Shown in pieces: positions 51,701 to 62,736 of a stretch of 64,000 nt of DNA. Numbering within the stretch: position 1 is the first letter of the stretch; every line of letters begins with the position of its first letter. Source of the stretch: Acanthaster planci (lineage: Eukaryota); contig NW_019091362.1 of NCBI RefSeq assembly GCF_001949145.1, forward strand, positions 2,177,838-2,241,837. The letters run 5' to 3'. Both the position numbers and the translations under genes were made by a program. The notes under the pieces were generated by a model. It did not search any database. It worked only from the letters and a program-made list of their open reading frames with translations, and had not been told where the DNA came from.

Positions 51701-52571
51701 GTGTCACACAAAACTGATGTACTGACCAGATTATTTAAGAATATGGAACATCACGGCGCAACATAATGAAAGCTACAATATGTTCAGCGCGTATGTACAC
51801 TACCTTTGCATTTTTTTTACTGGGCTGGACTGATAAAATAAGTACAATAATTTACTTGACTTGAAAATGCACATGAATTCTGTGGCCCCATGCATGAACC
51901 TGATATGCCACACAGACAAGAAACTGAGAAAAATCTAGTTAAACTTTTTGCTTCTTGGGATTTTCTATTAAGTCAGAATAATACCGCCCTCTATATTTCA
52001 AAAATAGGCCACCCTAGCTCTTGATATTTTTAGCAAATAAAGATATGACATTACTCTACACATTCATGCATCTAACTCAAAAAGTTTCAAAATATGGCAT
52101 ATCAGGTTCATGCATGGGGCCACAGAATTACCGAAGAACAAATTACTAACCTAAATTTCTGGTCAACACTATTGGGTATAAATGACACAGACGTATATCC
52201 GCGGCTATACTAGCCGAGCTAGACAGTTGTAAGTGCGAGTGTAACAAGCAACCTTTAAACGCACCTATGCTAGTACTTTTCTAAACCTACGAGTAGTCAA
52301 ACATTAAACTCAAATCCTGGCTTAAGTTTGAAAAAGATGACTTATGCCGGGGTGACTCACCACTGTAATTGAATGTCTTATTTGCTTCGTCCGAGGAATC
52401 ATCTGAGTTGGATCCTAGTGTCTCCGAACCCGACGGGTACGGGCTGCCATCGTCAAAGTCGCTCTTGAGTCGCTTCTTCGAAGGCCCCTCCCTCAGTAGG
52501 TATCTCTTGAACCGAGAGGCGACCAGCGTGTCTGCCTCCTTCCTCCTACAGTCGTCGATGGTGACGGACAT
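42520..52571 (-). CDS. PPAR: Invertebrate PPAR-like nuclear receptor (NR1C), 7 coding exons, 450 aa: join(52571-52361, 50456-50380, 49010-48860, 48160-47952, 46572-46307, 43836-43652, 42773-42520)
   Basis: Manual splicing at GT-AG sites gives one open frame with intron phases 1,0,1,0,2,1. C4 zinc fingers read [38 protein letters not shown]...[44 protein letters not shown] and the hinge [16 protein letters not shown] closely match vertebrate PPARs as I recall them (GFFRRTIRMKLEY, AIRFGRMPxAEKEKLL). The LBD has KNVPEF..DQLILF, PDRE and AF-2 SPLMKEVY (PPARg HPLLQEIY). Subfamily call is by motif recognition, not phylogeny. Confidence 0.88.
43652..43836 (-). CDS. PPAR: PPAR coding exon 6 (LBD beta-sheet to helix 8)
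   Basis: tgacacag|G TAC CAC...GCG CCA G|gtatgc encodes [24 protein letters not shown]...[27 protein letters not shown] matches PPAR KFNALEL. Confidence 0.92.
45066..46223 (+). mobile_element. Probable solo LTR in PPAR intron 5
   Basis: Starts TGTGTAGC and ends GCTACA(A), with CTGG on both flanks; an alternative end is CTACA at 46175. Contains an internal 55-bp direct repeat ending in ATTAAA and has no coding capacity. Confidence 0.45.
45103..46082 (+). repeat. 55-bp direct repeat pair (45103-45157 and 46028-46082)
   Basis: ttcctcatgtttgccgtcgcctc(g/t)gctgttggcctgtctactactgaaattaaat occurs twice with one mismatch. Confidence 0.95.
46307..46572 (-). CDS. PPAR: PPAR coding exon 5 (LBD helices 3-5)
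   Basis: ctctctgaag|GAG ATG GAA...GCC GAG AG|gtacgt contains [37 protein letters not shown] alternative acceptor at 46569 is possible. Confidence 0.9.
46620..47435. mobile_element. Old TIR element with GC-rich core in PPAR intron 4
   Basis: aaataagc...tctggtacactgagtt...cagactaa is mirrored by ttagactg...aactcagtgtaccaga...gcttattt. Ends are approximate. Confidence 0.55.
47488..47679 (-). mobile_element. About 180-bp MITE family, copy 2 (PPAR intron 4)
   Basis: Reverse complement aligns along the 17185-17366 copy (ccaatccctatacacac.ctaga...ttgttacctaacac; gaattcctga). Confidence 0.7.
47952..48160 (-). CDS. PPAR: PPAR coding exon 4 (C-terminal extension, hinge, helix 1)
   Basis: ttcccaag|CC GTT CGC ATG...AAC CAG|gtatgc encodes [20 protein letters not shown]...FRMYVNQ. 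Confidence 0.93.
48860..49010 (-). CDS. PPAR: PPAR coding exon 3 (second zinc finger, D-box)
   Basis: tgtgcag|GGG TTC TTC...ACA GGA G|gtgagt encodes [50 protein letters not shown]. Confidence 0.96.
50380..50456 (-). CDS. PPAR: PPAR coding exon 2 (first zinc finger and P-box)
   Basis: ttttcag|AA ATC ATT CGC TGT...GAA GGA TGC AAG|gtaaat encodes [25 protein letters not shown]. The ORF track reports a different frame here. Confidence 0.95.
51876..52129. mobile_element. Young MITE with perfect 35-bp TIRs in PPAR intron 1
   Basis: aattctgtggccccatgcatgaacctgatatgcca (51876-51910) is the exact reverse complement of 52095-52129. Confidence 0.88.
52361..52571 (-). CDS. PPAR: PPAR coding exon 1 (A/B domain, MSVTIDD...KTFNYS)
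   Basis: Ser/Asp-rich ORF with basic patch PSKKRLK. Strong donor G|GTGAGT at 52360 gives the phase 1 required by the next exon. Upstream coding or UTR exons cannot be excluded. Confidence 0.72.
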
Positions 52572-52717
52572 TATTGCAGATTGAGTGACAAGTTGTCACT
52601 AAAGGGAGGGTTGAAAGAGACTGTTAAAGCACAGCTAGCCAGGCCGACAATGGAGTCAATACGTGCATAAGCACACGGGGCATTGTTTTTTTTTTCTACA
52701 AAACGTAACGTTGCGCA

Positions 52718-52725
52718 TGACGTCA
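52718..52725. promoter_or_regulatory. Perfect CRE palindrome TGACGTCA about 150 bp upstream of the PPAR start codon
   Basis: TGACGTCA seen directly, with a second copy in intron 1 at 51240-51247. Function is inferred, and several other copies occur elsewhere in the window. Confidence 0.35.
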
Positions 52726-52889
52726 ACTTTCGCCGAATTCTTTGTTTCTCTTCTCCACTGTGCTTCGGATGTTGGTGGGTTTTAAAATGATGCAGTTTCG
52801 CAATTCCATGGGAAAGTGGACATGACACTAAAATTTCAAGTTTAATCACACTGCAAAGAAAGTAGCAATTATGCATTGTTTCATATGTT

Positions 52890-54843
52890 GAAGTTAAAGG
52901 AAAAAAACAATATCAATCGGTTGAATATTTCGCAAAATACAGTTATAAACGCTGAAGAGATTTTTTAGTCATCCAAACTGCTAAAATATAGGCTTAACTG
53001 AATTTGTATTTCTGAAATTGGAAATAAAATACTAGCATTTCCATTAATTCACTTTAGAGAAGTAAATTGGGTCTACTTCAATCTCTTGAAAGGAATTTCC
53101 ACACCACCTTCCAAAATATTTCATCACTTCACAAAGAATTAAGCATTTCAGTCATGTAGTGCGAGTTACCAAAACAATACATTTTTTTCATTCTGAAGAA
53201 ATTATTAGAGGTAATTTGTTGGCTTTGATAATTTTCTTCACTTATCACGCCTTGATTCTCTAAGCAAGATGTTTGCCAAAATAAACAGTGTCATCAGTTT
53301 TAAAAATGTCATCAAAAAGTGTAACGCGAGTTATATCATCTACAAACGCAAGATTCCACCGGTATGAGCAATTTCAGACCCTTAACTGGGCTTGGGTGTG
53401 CAGAACACACTCACATGCAATGTTATGCAGACTGTGAGGCACTGAAACAATAGAGGGCAGCCTAAATGAACTCTGCCTATTGCGCAATATCAGCATGAAC
53501 ACATGCCACATTCTCCGGGCTTTCACTTTCAGTTTTTGCTCCAATAAAACCCAATGTTTATCATCTGAATTACTGTTCCAGCATCAAGATAAAAGAGAGT
53601 GATTGTAGTTTATTAATTTGTACATATGATCCTTGAAAAGAAAGAAAAGACCGAAATATTTATAATAGTCCTAGGCCTACATGTATGTCAAATAAATGTC
53701 AATGGTACAAGTATACATTTCCTCTTATTGTACTTCAGACCTTAATATTTATAGTGACTTCACTGCGCACTGCAAGCAATGATTTTTTCAATCCTACATG
53801 CTAGTATGCTGACACAACCATGTAAATTAACACTCTGAATGTATGCTATCATGAAGCTACGCATGTACATGTAGGACGCCACTTGTGGTCCCTGACTCCC
53901 CCCTATACAAAAGACATTAGATCTATTCAAATTATGACTTGCAACAATCTATGCAATGCCAGAGCTGTACTTAGGACTTATACGTTCTTTTATTACAACT
54001 GTGAATAAATGAAGTCAAATAATGTTGTTTTTTTATTTTATTTAATTTAATTTAATTTTTATATTAAATTTTTAAGTCTAACTTGCTTTAATCTTCCCAA
54101 ACATAAACTGAACCTCGGGTGGAATTTAAAAAATAAAACTAAATTTACTGTAAAGATATTTTGTTTCATTTCCCACAGAAAGACAACATGCCTCCAACAT
54201 CTGCTGAGAAGCAAAACCAATACAGACAATGCCTAAAAGCTACTGGTCAGTAACGATGAATTCAAAGAACGCCAGGAAGTGGCTTCCAAGAAATGTCGTG
54301 ACCTTTTTTTTTTCTTTTTACAATATAGGTTTATAAATAACATAATTGTTCTAGATGTATTCATTTTATTATTTCCAAAAGTGTGCATCTGTAAAAAAAA
54401 AAATACTGAATATAAGATGCAGAGCTATCCAAAGAGGTATGTGCCATCAATTTGTGCCAGACTGTTTGAATGGACATAATGTAACGCGAGTTACCGACAT
54501 ATGCTCTCTGAATTTACCTATTTATTGTCAACTTTGACATGGTTAACTTGCAAGTCATAACCCATTGTCAATTCAAGGTAGGAAAAGTCTTATCCAGATT
54601 GCCTAGTATGAGGAGACTTTACAAAAGAGGCTTTCACAGAATTCACCATGTCCTTTTTTCGTAATGCGAGTTACCGAAATTAAACGATTCCAGAATCTCA
54701 AAATGTTTGTCCTTTTTTCTAAATTCATTTAGTTGGTCAATGTCTACTCTACCACAGTGACAAAAAGAAACTTGTAGTTGCTAACAATTACAGAGATATA
54801 CATGTAGTAATTTTTCTCATCAGTCCCCCAGTTTTGCTCTTAA
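52890..54843 (+). mobile_element. Degenerate Sola-like DNA transposon relic upstream of PPAR (left boundary uncertain)
   Basis: Four copies of the GTAACGCGAGTTAC motif (near 53156, 53321, 54481, 54661), right end ...GCTC|TTAA, and an internal transposase-like N-terminus. Confidence 0.4.
54188..54302 (+). pseudogene. Truncated transposase-like N-terminus MPPTSAEKQNQYRQCLKATGQ(Y)DEFKERQEVASKKCRD
   Basis: ATG follows the acceptor ttcccacag. A 1-bp insertion turns TAC into TAAC. The peptide resembles the common 'TSAEKQRRYRERLK...YEEYKEKER' transposase start. Confidence 0.5.
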
Positions 54844-55709
54844 AATCTCCCCTCCATTGTCTGCAACTCTGAAACCCGCAGTGCATGTCATAGGGACTGA
54901 TTTTTGTATACCGACTTTCAACGGTCTATCATCGTCAGATTATAAACATTCTCTGTAAATCGACGATTTTAATGATTCACCGACCCTTTGCAAGTAATCT
55001 CAGAAAGGCAAACCTTGATTCTCGTATCTAATTACCGAGACAGAAAGTGCAATCTGTGTTCTTATTCCTCCGTGCTTACACCAAGTCCATTGAGGATGTC
55101 GAGTTCCATCCGAGAGAATACGCATATTTAACAATTCCCATCTAATCACCGTTTTCAGAATTTAATTATATATACGTTCATGGGGTTAGCCCTCTGCAGT
55201 TTGTCAGGTTATGATCATAAATGTATTTAACTCTTGAAATTGTTACTTTAAAACAAATCCACTTCTTCGGAGAGAAGTTAGTATTACATCTTAAAATTCT
55301 TCCTTACGTCAATACCCATCATCTGTAGTAGTTATTAATCTGTTTTATTAGCCGTGAAAATCCACATGTTGATTTTACTTGTTAACCATAGTGTACTATT
55401 TTTTACAGGGTTCAAGGAACAAGCCAATTTTGGACATTTCGAGGGGATAAATATCTTTTTAAACAAGCTATCGATTAAAGTGGACCCACCACAGTGATAC
55501 CAAATTTATCAGACAAGCAACATCGTGCAATTGAAACTCACATTTTACACGAGTACTCGAAATGGGACTAGAAAGATACTGTGGGACTGTGCATGTGCTA
55601 CATACGCACTTTAAAAAAAAATAACGGGAAGTCCTCTCTTGTGCATTACAGATTATAATTCGAAATATACTGTCGCAACTGCTACACTCAGGTAGTTTTA
55701 CTGTAAATA

Positions 55710-56046
55710 TACTCTCTCAATGCAAAAGAGTGAAAATCTTACTCTCCAAAAGGAGCGAGTCTCGTATAAAACCTCCCCAAAAGAGTGGAACCAACCTAAA
55801 ACAAAAAAGTTCAAAATAAAACACTCCGAAAGAGTGAAGTTTCCACTTTTTTAAGGAGGCACATGGGAAACAATTCCATCAAAGGATTGTCCTTCACATG
55901 GTTCTTGACTTGGAGTGATTTTCAAGCTGTCAGAAGTGGTTTCACTCTATGTGGCTTTCGCTCTGAACTTGAAATGGTTTTAAATGGGTCTCGTTCTTTT
56001 GGAGAGTGAGTTTTTCAATCTTTTGCCTTTAAACTACTAGAGAATA
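55710..56046. mobile_element. MITE with imperfect TIRs and internal actc/gagt repeats
   Basis: gcaaaagagtgaaaatcttactctccaaaaggagcgag pairs with ctcgttcttttggagagtgagtttttcaatcttttgc. Confidence 0.7.
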
Positions 56047-57399
56047 CAAAACACACCCTAACTCCGTTTAGCGAAGCCAAAATGTGTAAAAAAATAAAAT
56101 ACAGGTTGGTCAATTCGTTGTTAGTTTTTGCCATCCAGTGTCAATCTGAAACAGTTCTTTCACAAAACAGTAAGGTTTTTTATGTGACTTGTTTGCATAG
56201 CAGATTGGAATGGGTCGATACCAATGGTCAGCTTTAAATAGAGCTAGTACAATGGCCTTTGTTCGTTGTCAAGATCAGTTATTTACAAGCAAGCCACAAT
56301 CACTTCATATGCACTCCCATTTACTCGAGTTCGCACCCCTGGAGGCCGGAAGGCTAAATAATTATGCAGAGCCCCGAGTTTGAGCCCTTTGTCGACTTAT
56401 CGAAAGGTGTAGTTCAAAGTTGTGAAACACAGGGTCTGAATATAAACATGACCTATGGTTGTGATATACAATCGAACATGTGCCTTTGAAAGAATACATG
56501 TGCCTCTGTTTAGAACAATAAAATTGCTCAATCCCTCTGGTAGAGAGCATGAGATGTATAAGCCATACCATGTCCCTGGATCGTGAACAATCAGTTACAA
56601 ACAGTTCGTCCCTGCATATCATGCGTATTCACTATGCTCATAACACAAAATGTAGCCTACCTGGTCACGACTCACTGTGCCTGCGAGTCACATAAACATG
56701 GCTTCACCGTTCATACTAACTGACTGGGCATAAATTCGGATTGCTAACCGAGGCAAGGTGTGGGGGCAAGGGCTGGTGAAGTTCGAGAGACAACGTAAAA
56801 TCCAAAGTACAGCTTAACGCCATTCAACGTCAGAGGTGGAAAATCACAACATCGTGCGCTTGTGTTATAACCACGCACTTACGAGTAATGCACTTTACAC
56901 AATAAGTACTGTACATGTACGCACCCTCAACTTCCCCGTACTGCCTTCTCCATGCAGAGCGCTGCCAGGAGTTTGATAATTTCGTCTGTTTGCTTTCCAA
57001 CACGACCCGAAGTTAACCTATGGACCTTCACATTTTGACCCGGAATACAGTGGCACGAGATATCTTGAGTTCAATCCAGTTCGCTGTAACCTGCTTACAC
57101 GCAGCCCATTATACAAAACGTTACAAACCGTGCTCCGGCTGAATCAATGACTACGCGTGGAATGTCATCGTCATCGGAAATTTTCGACGAATAGGGCAAG
57201 GGACAGCCGTGGCCAGGGGGTCACAGGATCGCGGGTTTGCTCATTCATTCTCTGACCCTAAAATGACGAATCAGGCCTTCTCTATGGAAACTGCAAGAGC
57301 CAACGGAAACAAACCGGGACGCATGTACATGTACATACGGAACGCCGAATGTACCAAAATATGATGTTACTCTGTGAAAGTAGTTTGATCGTGTCCTCA

Positions 57400-57830
57400 A
57401 TCTATTATGTGATGTTGTCAAACCATTATGTGATGTCAATCCATTNNNNNNNNNNNNNNNNNNNNNNNNNNNNNNNNNNNNNNNNNNNNNNNNNNNNNNN
57501 NNNNNNNNNNNNNNNNNNNNNNNNNNNNNNNNNNNNNNNNNNNNNNNNNNNNNNNNNNNNNNNNNNNNNNNNNNNNNNNNNNNNNNNNNNNNNNNNNNNN
57601 NNNNNNNNNNNNNNNNNNNNNNNNNNNNNNNNNNNNNNNTGTCAATCCATTATGTGAAGTTGTCAATCCATTATGTAAGGTTGTCAATCCATTATGTAAA
57701 GTTCTCAATCCGTTATGTGACGTTCTCAATGAGTCATGCGGGGAGCTATCCCTTTAAATAGCCCGTGTAGAATTATGTGAAGTAGTGAATCCATAATGTG
57801 GTGTTGTCAGCGAATTACGTGTAGTCAAAG
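57400..57830 (-). repeat. 21-bp tandem repeat (ATGTGAAGTTGTCAATCCATT)n, left arm
   Basis: Units are visible on both sides of the N run at 57446-57640. Confidence 0.9.
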
Positions 57831-58919
57831 CATTATGATCCACCATTGTGGAGCTATCCCTGTGTAGGAGCTGTGGTAGTTTTCTTTGGGTACGGCCGAA
57901 CCGTGGCCATGCAACACACTAGCAGGACAAACTTAAGCTTCACAAAAAAATGAACTAATGATAGGATCGCTATCAATGGGACTGTTGTAAAGGATGATGC
58001 AAGATTTGATCATAAGGAAAAAGGTACATGTACATACAATCAGAGCTGCGCAGAAGCATGGCGCATGTTAGTCATGTTCATCATTTAGCATGTTGTATCT
58101 GCATTCTAAATGTGAACATAAAAACTATATACTCAAGTGGCTTAAAAAGTAACCAAGAAACATGTTAATAGCTTGCAAGAGATTCAACCCACCCTTTGTC
58201 AGTATTTGGAAGATTAATTAAGGGGGGTGTAGCAAGATGTAACCAGATTGGACACTCAATAGAAGTTTGGACTTCTTCGGAGACAAACTTCAAAAATAAG
58301 ATTAAGCCCTAGGCTCCTTCAAAAAGGTAGGACTTGTGTCAACCCGGCAAGTGCACTAAAACTGAGAAAGAGATCTCGCTTTTCTTTCTTCTGCTTTATG
58401 ATGGCCTGCTACACGCGCGATGTCGAACGTCAGATACACGTTTTGAAACTCCGGCTCTCTGCGCCGGTAAACCTAATGGGCCTGCAGGCAAGTTATGTGT
58501 TCAACGGTGATGGCAAGTGAGCGGCCTTGCAAAAGATCGATACGACTAACACACAACACTGAAATCAGGAAGCTCAATATGCACATACATAGGTATCACC
58601 ACCAGTGAATTCCCTCTCCATGCTGGTCGCAAAAACCTAGAGTACATCAGCCAGCAGAGATCTCGTTCATGAAGCTGCATGCTTTACTACTTTTGAAAGT
58701 CCATGTAGTAAAGAAGTAAAAGTAGCCTTGTTGACGCTGATCCCCCACAAATCTCATCTACAACAGCAACCTTCTTGGAATAATCCTGAAACCATTTTAA
58801 AAATAAAGTCCATTGATTATTCTTTCAACATTACTCGCACAGACAGGTTTCCCTTGCTATATTTTTAAGAGAAAACGCCCCTTTTGAGACAAGTCTTGAA
58901 GAACACTCCATTCAATACG

Positions 58920-59083
58920 GGCGTTTCACAATAGTGCGCCTCTAAGCGTTTGCAACGCGTTGGCCAATCACAACGCGCGAAATCTGTCGACCAAATGCGC
59001 ATTTTGAAATGGTCGACAAATTTCGCTCGTTGTGATTGGCCAACGCGTTGCAAACTCTTGGAGGCGCACTATTGTGAATCGCC
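58920..59083. mobile_element. Near-perfect palindromic MITE (about 74-bp stem) nested in the 3-kb foldback
   Basis: ggcgtttcacaatagtgcgcctc...tgtcgacca [loop] tggtcgaca...gaggcgcactattgtgaatcgcc. Confidence 0.88.
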
Positions 59084-59761
59084 AATATTTAACACCGTGA
59101 CGTAGAGGCGATATGAATACTTACGAACCTTCCCCGTGAACATATGTACATACTAGAAGATTTTTAATCAACCTGCCATGGTGTCTTGCCTTTAATTCTG
59201 GTTGTTCCTTAAACCTTATTTTGTAAATCATCATCACTGAAACATGTTGACTGTTTACTGGCTAAAAATACTAACTTTTCTTGGAGTAAATACATGCGCA
59301 ACGATTGATACGAGAAAAAATGTACTATCTATTAAAAGGATTTAGTTATAAGTACAATGAAATAATAGAAAGTTAAAATTGAAAATCAGTCTTTTGAAAT
59401 CTGTCTACAGCCCCCAAAATAATGGAACTATTGAGTAACCACTATCTGATATAAACTCCTCAGCGCGGCTATAGATACAGGACATTCACATATTTTTTAG
59501 ATACCGTGAGTCCCCCCAAAAAAAGCTTTGCTTGTATTAAAATAGCTATCCATCGATATTGATCTTATCAAGGTGCAAAATGTTCACTAACGTTTTCCAT
59601 TAAAATTCTGACAAAAGATGTGCAAATCAAAAATTTTTAACGTGGGCTTCATGCTGCTTGTGTGCTGCTTGTCCACGTTTTGACCTTGCCCACAGAACTA
59701 GAAAGCTACCACGGCCCGTACACAGTGATAGTAGTAGTAGCAGTAATAGTAGTAGTGATAG

Positions 59762-60265
59762 TAATGGATTCACAATTTCACACAATGGATTCACTACTTC
59801 AATAATGGATTGACAACATCACTTAACTGATTGAGAACTTCCCATAATGGATTGAGAACTTCACACAATGGATTGACAACTTCACATNNNNNNNNNNNNN
59901 NNNNNNNNNNNNNNNNNNNNNNNNNNNNNNNNNNNNNNNNNNNNNNNNNNNNNNNNNNNNNNNNNNNNNNNNNNNNNNNNNNNNNNNNNNNNNNNNNNNN
60001 NNNNNNNNNNNNNNNNNNNNNNNNNNNNNNNNNNNNNNNNNNNNNNNNNNNNNNNNNNNNNNNNNNNAATGGATTGACAACTTCACATAATGGTTGACAA
60101 CTTCACATAATGGATTGTCAACTTCACATAATGGATTGACAACTTCACATAATGGATTGACAACTTCACATAATGGATTGACAGCATCACATAATGGATT
60201 GACAACTTCACATAATGGATTGACAACATCGCATAATGGTTTGACTACATCACATAACTGATTGA
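59762..60265 (+). repeat. 21-bp tandem repeat (AATGGATTGACAACTTCACAT)n, right arm
   Basis: Consecutive near-identical units on both sides of the N run at 59888-60067. Confidence 0.92.
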
Positions 60266-61973
60266 AGACACAATCAAACTACTTTCACTGAGTAACATCA
60301 TATTTTGGTACATTTGGCGTTCCATATAAACTTTGGCATACAGAGTAACCATAGTCGCACAGTGTTCGCTAACTTGCGTCAAGCTAAGTAGCTCTATGCT
60401 AAGAGAGTGTTGCAGCTTGCATGAGCGAAGTTGAATTCGAGCAATAGATGTGGTCGACCAGTACTACTACAGTATAATGGCATAAGTTTCCATCCCACCG
60501 CTGCCACCAGTGTTGCGTTCCGTAAATAGCAAGTCGATGGTAGCATGGACTTTACTAGTGTCTTACGGGATGAGATATTTGGGTCAACAATTTATTAAGA
60601 GGTGGACGGGAAATAAGGGGTTTGGGTGACAGTCAAACTGCATTGTTGGTTTATTGCTCTCACTTTTCTTCCGTTCAATATGGGTTTGATGAAGGTGTAG
60701 CTTAACGTAATACAAAACATGAAAGGCAAAGTATTATAGAGAGGCGAAGTTGTATACAAGTGTAACTTAACTACGGTTTGGCAAGACCATTGGAAATGCA
60801 AGTCAGACGGTGTGGGTACGTTGCAGGTGTGTAGCATCGCACAACTATGCTACACTCATCGCATCGGACGGGCCGTGGTGGGAGCTGTCCTGGACCACCA
60901 CGGTGACTAGCAGTAGGAGGACGGGGCCAGCGTCCGTAGGCTATGTACCGACCGCACTGCCGCTCAGACCGCAATGTGTTGAGCGCAATGATAGAATCGC
61001 CGCACTACATGTATGTACCATTGGCTCAGCGTAGAGACGGATCGGACTGGGGCTAGTTAGCTGGACTAAGGTGGCGACGGACACGGGGGTGTCTCGCCCG
61101 GCAACGTGTATTCGAACGTAGTTTTGACAGGCCACTACGACTGTCATTAGCAACGCGGGGCTAGTTCGTACCGCTCTCGCATCGGTCCAAGCTAAGCTAG
61201 CTGGGCATTCATATGGTTACATTTCTTCGCCATAAGAATGGTTGCTATCGCCCTTCTCTCGGAAAGGGTCCAACCGCCGCACTATACTCCGTTAGGTTTT
61301 GCTCTCGCGAGAAGGGCTTAGTCCACCGAATCTGACGGACGAGCTAGGGAAAATCTGCTCTATTTATATGGATTCTAGAGCCTTAGGAATTAATGAAATA
61401 TAAGCGTCGCTGAACAGCTCAACCAATGAGAATCTTCCATCTCAGAGGGTCACATGACTGCCTGCTAGAGTCGTGTGCAAGAATCTAACTTCGTGTGTGA
61501 AAAGGTAAAATACAGAAGAAGTCACGTGTACAAAGTGTAGAGCCGGGTGCGTGAAAGTGCTTACTTGGTCATCTTTGGTGAATAACTGACAGTTACAAAG
61601 TCTGAGGTTTCTGAACGTCAGCATTCCAGGGAATCTTACCATGCCCAACCATGCAGCCACGTAGAGGGGATTTTCTGACATGCCAAACTGAGCAGAGAAA
61701 ACACAAGGACAAAGGAGTGAAGCGATCACGCCAGAGTACAGTATGAATAACTTAATACAAAATTAGCATCTCTGCTACATTTCCACAATGCATAGCTGAG
61801 CTAAATAAGAGACCCTGGGAATGCAAGGTACGAGAAAGAAAAAGAGTAAAACTAGGGGGCGCTAGAGTTCCAACAAGATTTGCGGGTGCGCAACACTTAT
61901 ATCAGGTGCAAAATACATGAAAACGTTTTGTAAAACAAATAAACAAATTCTGAATTTCTTTGTTTTTAACCGC

Positions 61974-62188
61974 CAGGGTATAGGAACAGACTTTAATGAC
62001 TCGAGTCGTTGACTCGACTCTGGAATCCGGCTCAAGTCACATTTTTTGATGATTCAAGTCATAACGGTTTCATATTACGCGGCGCGAGTCACCGCAAGCC
62101 AATGACTCGATTCCACTCGACCCTTGATCGTAAGACAACACTCGACTCAATTCGAGTCAAAGACTAACAACACTCGAGTCCCAAACTG
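61974..62188. mobile_element. GACTCGAGTC-motif hAT-like MITE; a related fragment lies near 63700-63815
   Basis: Multiple gactcga/tcgagtc motifs, with ends cagggt... and ...ctcgagtcccaaactg. Confidence 0.55.
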
Positions 62189-62253
62189 CGCGGCACTGTG
62201 GTTCCCACGGTATGAATTTAATGAACTAATCAGAGGAGATGTCAACACTATAG

Positions 62254-62736
62254 TAGGAATGAGTCGATTCGAATAATTCACTATTCGAATATTCGACCTT
62301 CAATTTGATCGAATATCCAAATATTCAGTTGTACTGATTGTTGATAAACAAACTGTATACAAAATCAGTTGCAATAACGCACACAATTGTAGATTATGAT
62401 TAATATAATAGTTTCTCACATCAAGGAGTACCTAAAGCCACTTTTTAGCAAGATTCAAGAGATAAACAAGACTTCTTGCCCTGTTTAAAATTTCCATTCC
62501 TTTTAAATTATTTAATGAATGATTTACTTTTAAAATCATTGTAAGATTTCTGACACTTTTAGTTAGAACCTGCTTGAAACAAGTCTCCATAGTGCCATTT
62601 TTCTCATTTAAAACAAAAGAACGTTTTCCCTGTCTTTTCATGAATTTTGCATTTAAATATTCAAATTCGAAAAAATCATTCGAATATTCGACAATCGATC
62701 GAATAATCAGTCATTCGGATACTCGGCACAGCCCTA
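62254..62736. mobile_element. hAT-like MITE with 8-bp TSD and TCGAATATTCGA motifs
   Basis: cactatag|TAGG ... GCCCTA|tactatag (7/8 TSD). Repeated ttcgaatattcga at both ends. A small relative lies near 50719-50810. Confidence 0.72.

Larger units (their letters stand above)
57336..60326. mobile_element. 3-kb IS3EU-like foldback element with about 600-bp TIRs built from 21-bp tandem repeats
   Basis: TACGGAACGCCGAATGTACCAAAATATGATGTTACTC is mirrored by GAGTAACATCATATTTTGGTACATTTGGCGTTCCATA. Inner arm ends also mirror each other (about 57860-57920 vs 59660-59730). No TSD detected. Confidence 0.82.

Noticed and set aside
42520..52571. Assignment as E75/Rev-erb (NR1D)
   Set aside because: The gene has an intact helix-12 AF-2 motif and PPAR-type [15 protein letters not shown] and AEKEKL motifs, and lacks the heme-binding His in helix 11. 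Phylogeny is still needed for certainty.
57400..60265. 21-bp arrays as a CRISPR array or as (NGLTTSH)n coding repeats
   Set aside because: Units are head-to-tail with no unique spacers, there are no cas genes and the context is eukaryotic. The ORFs arise only because 21 is a multiple of 3 within transposon arms.
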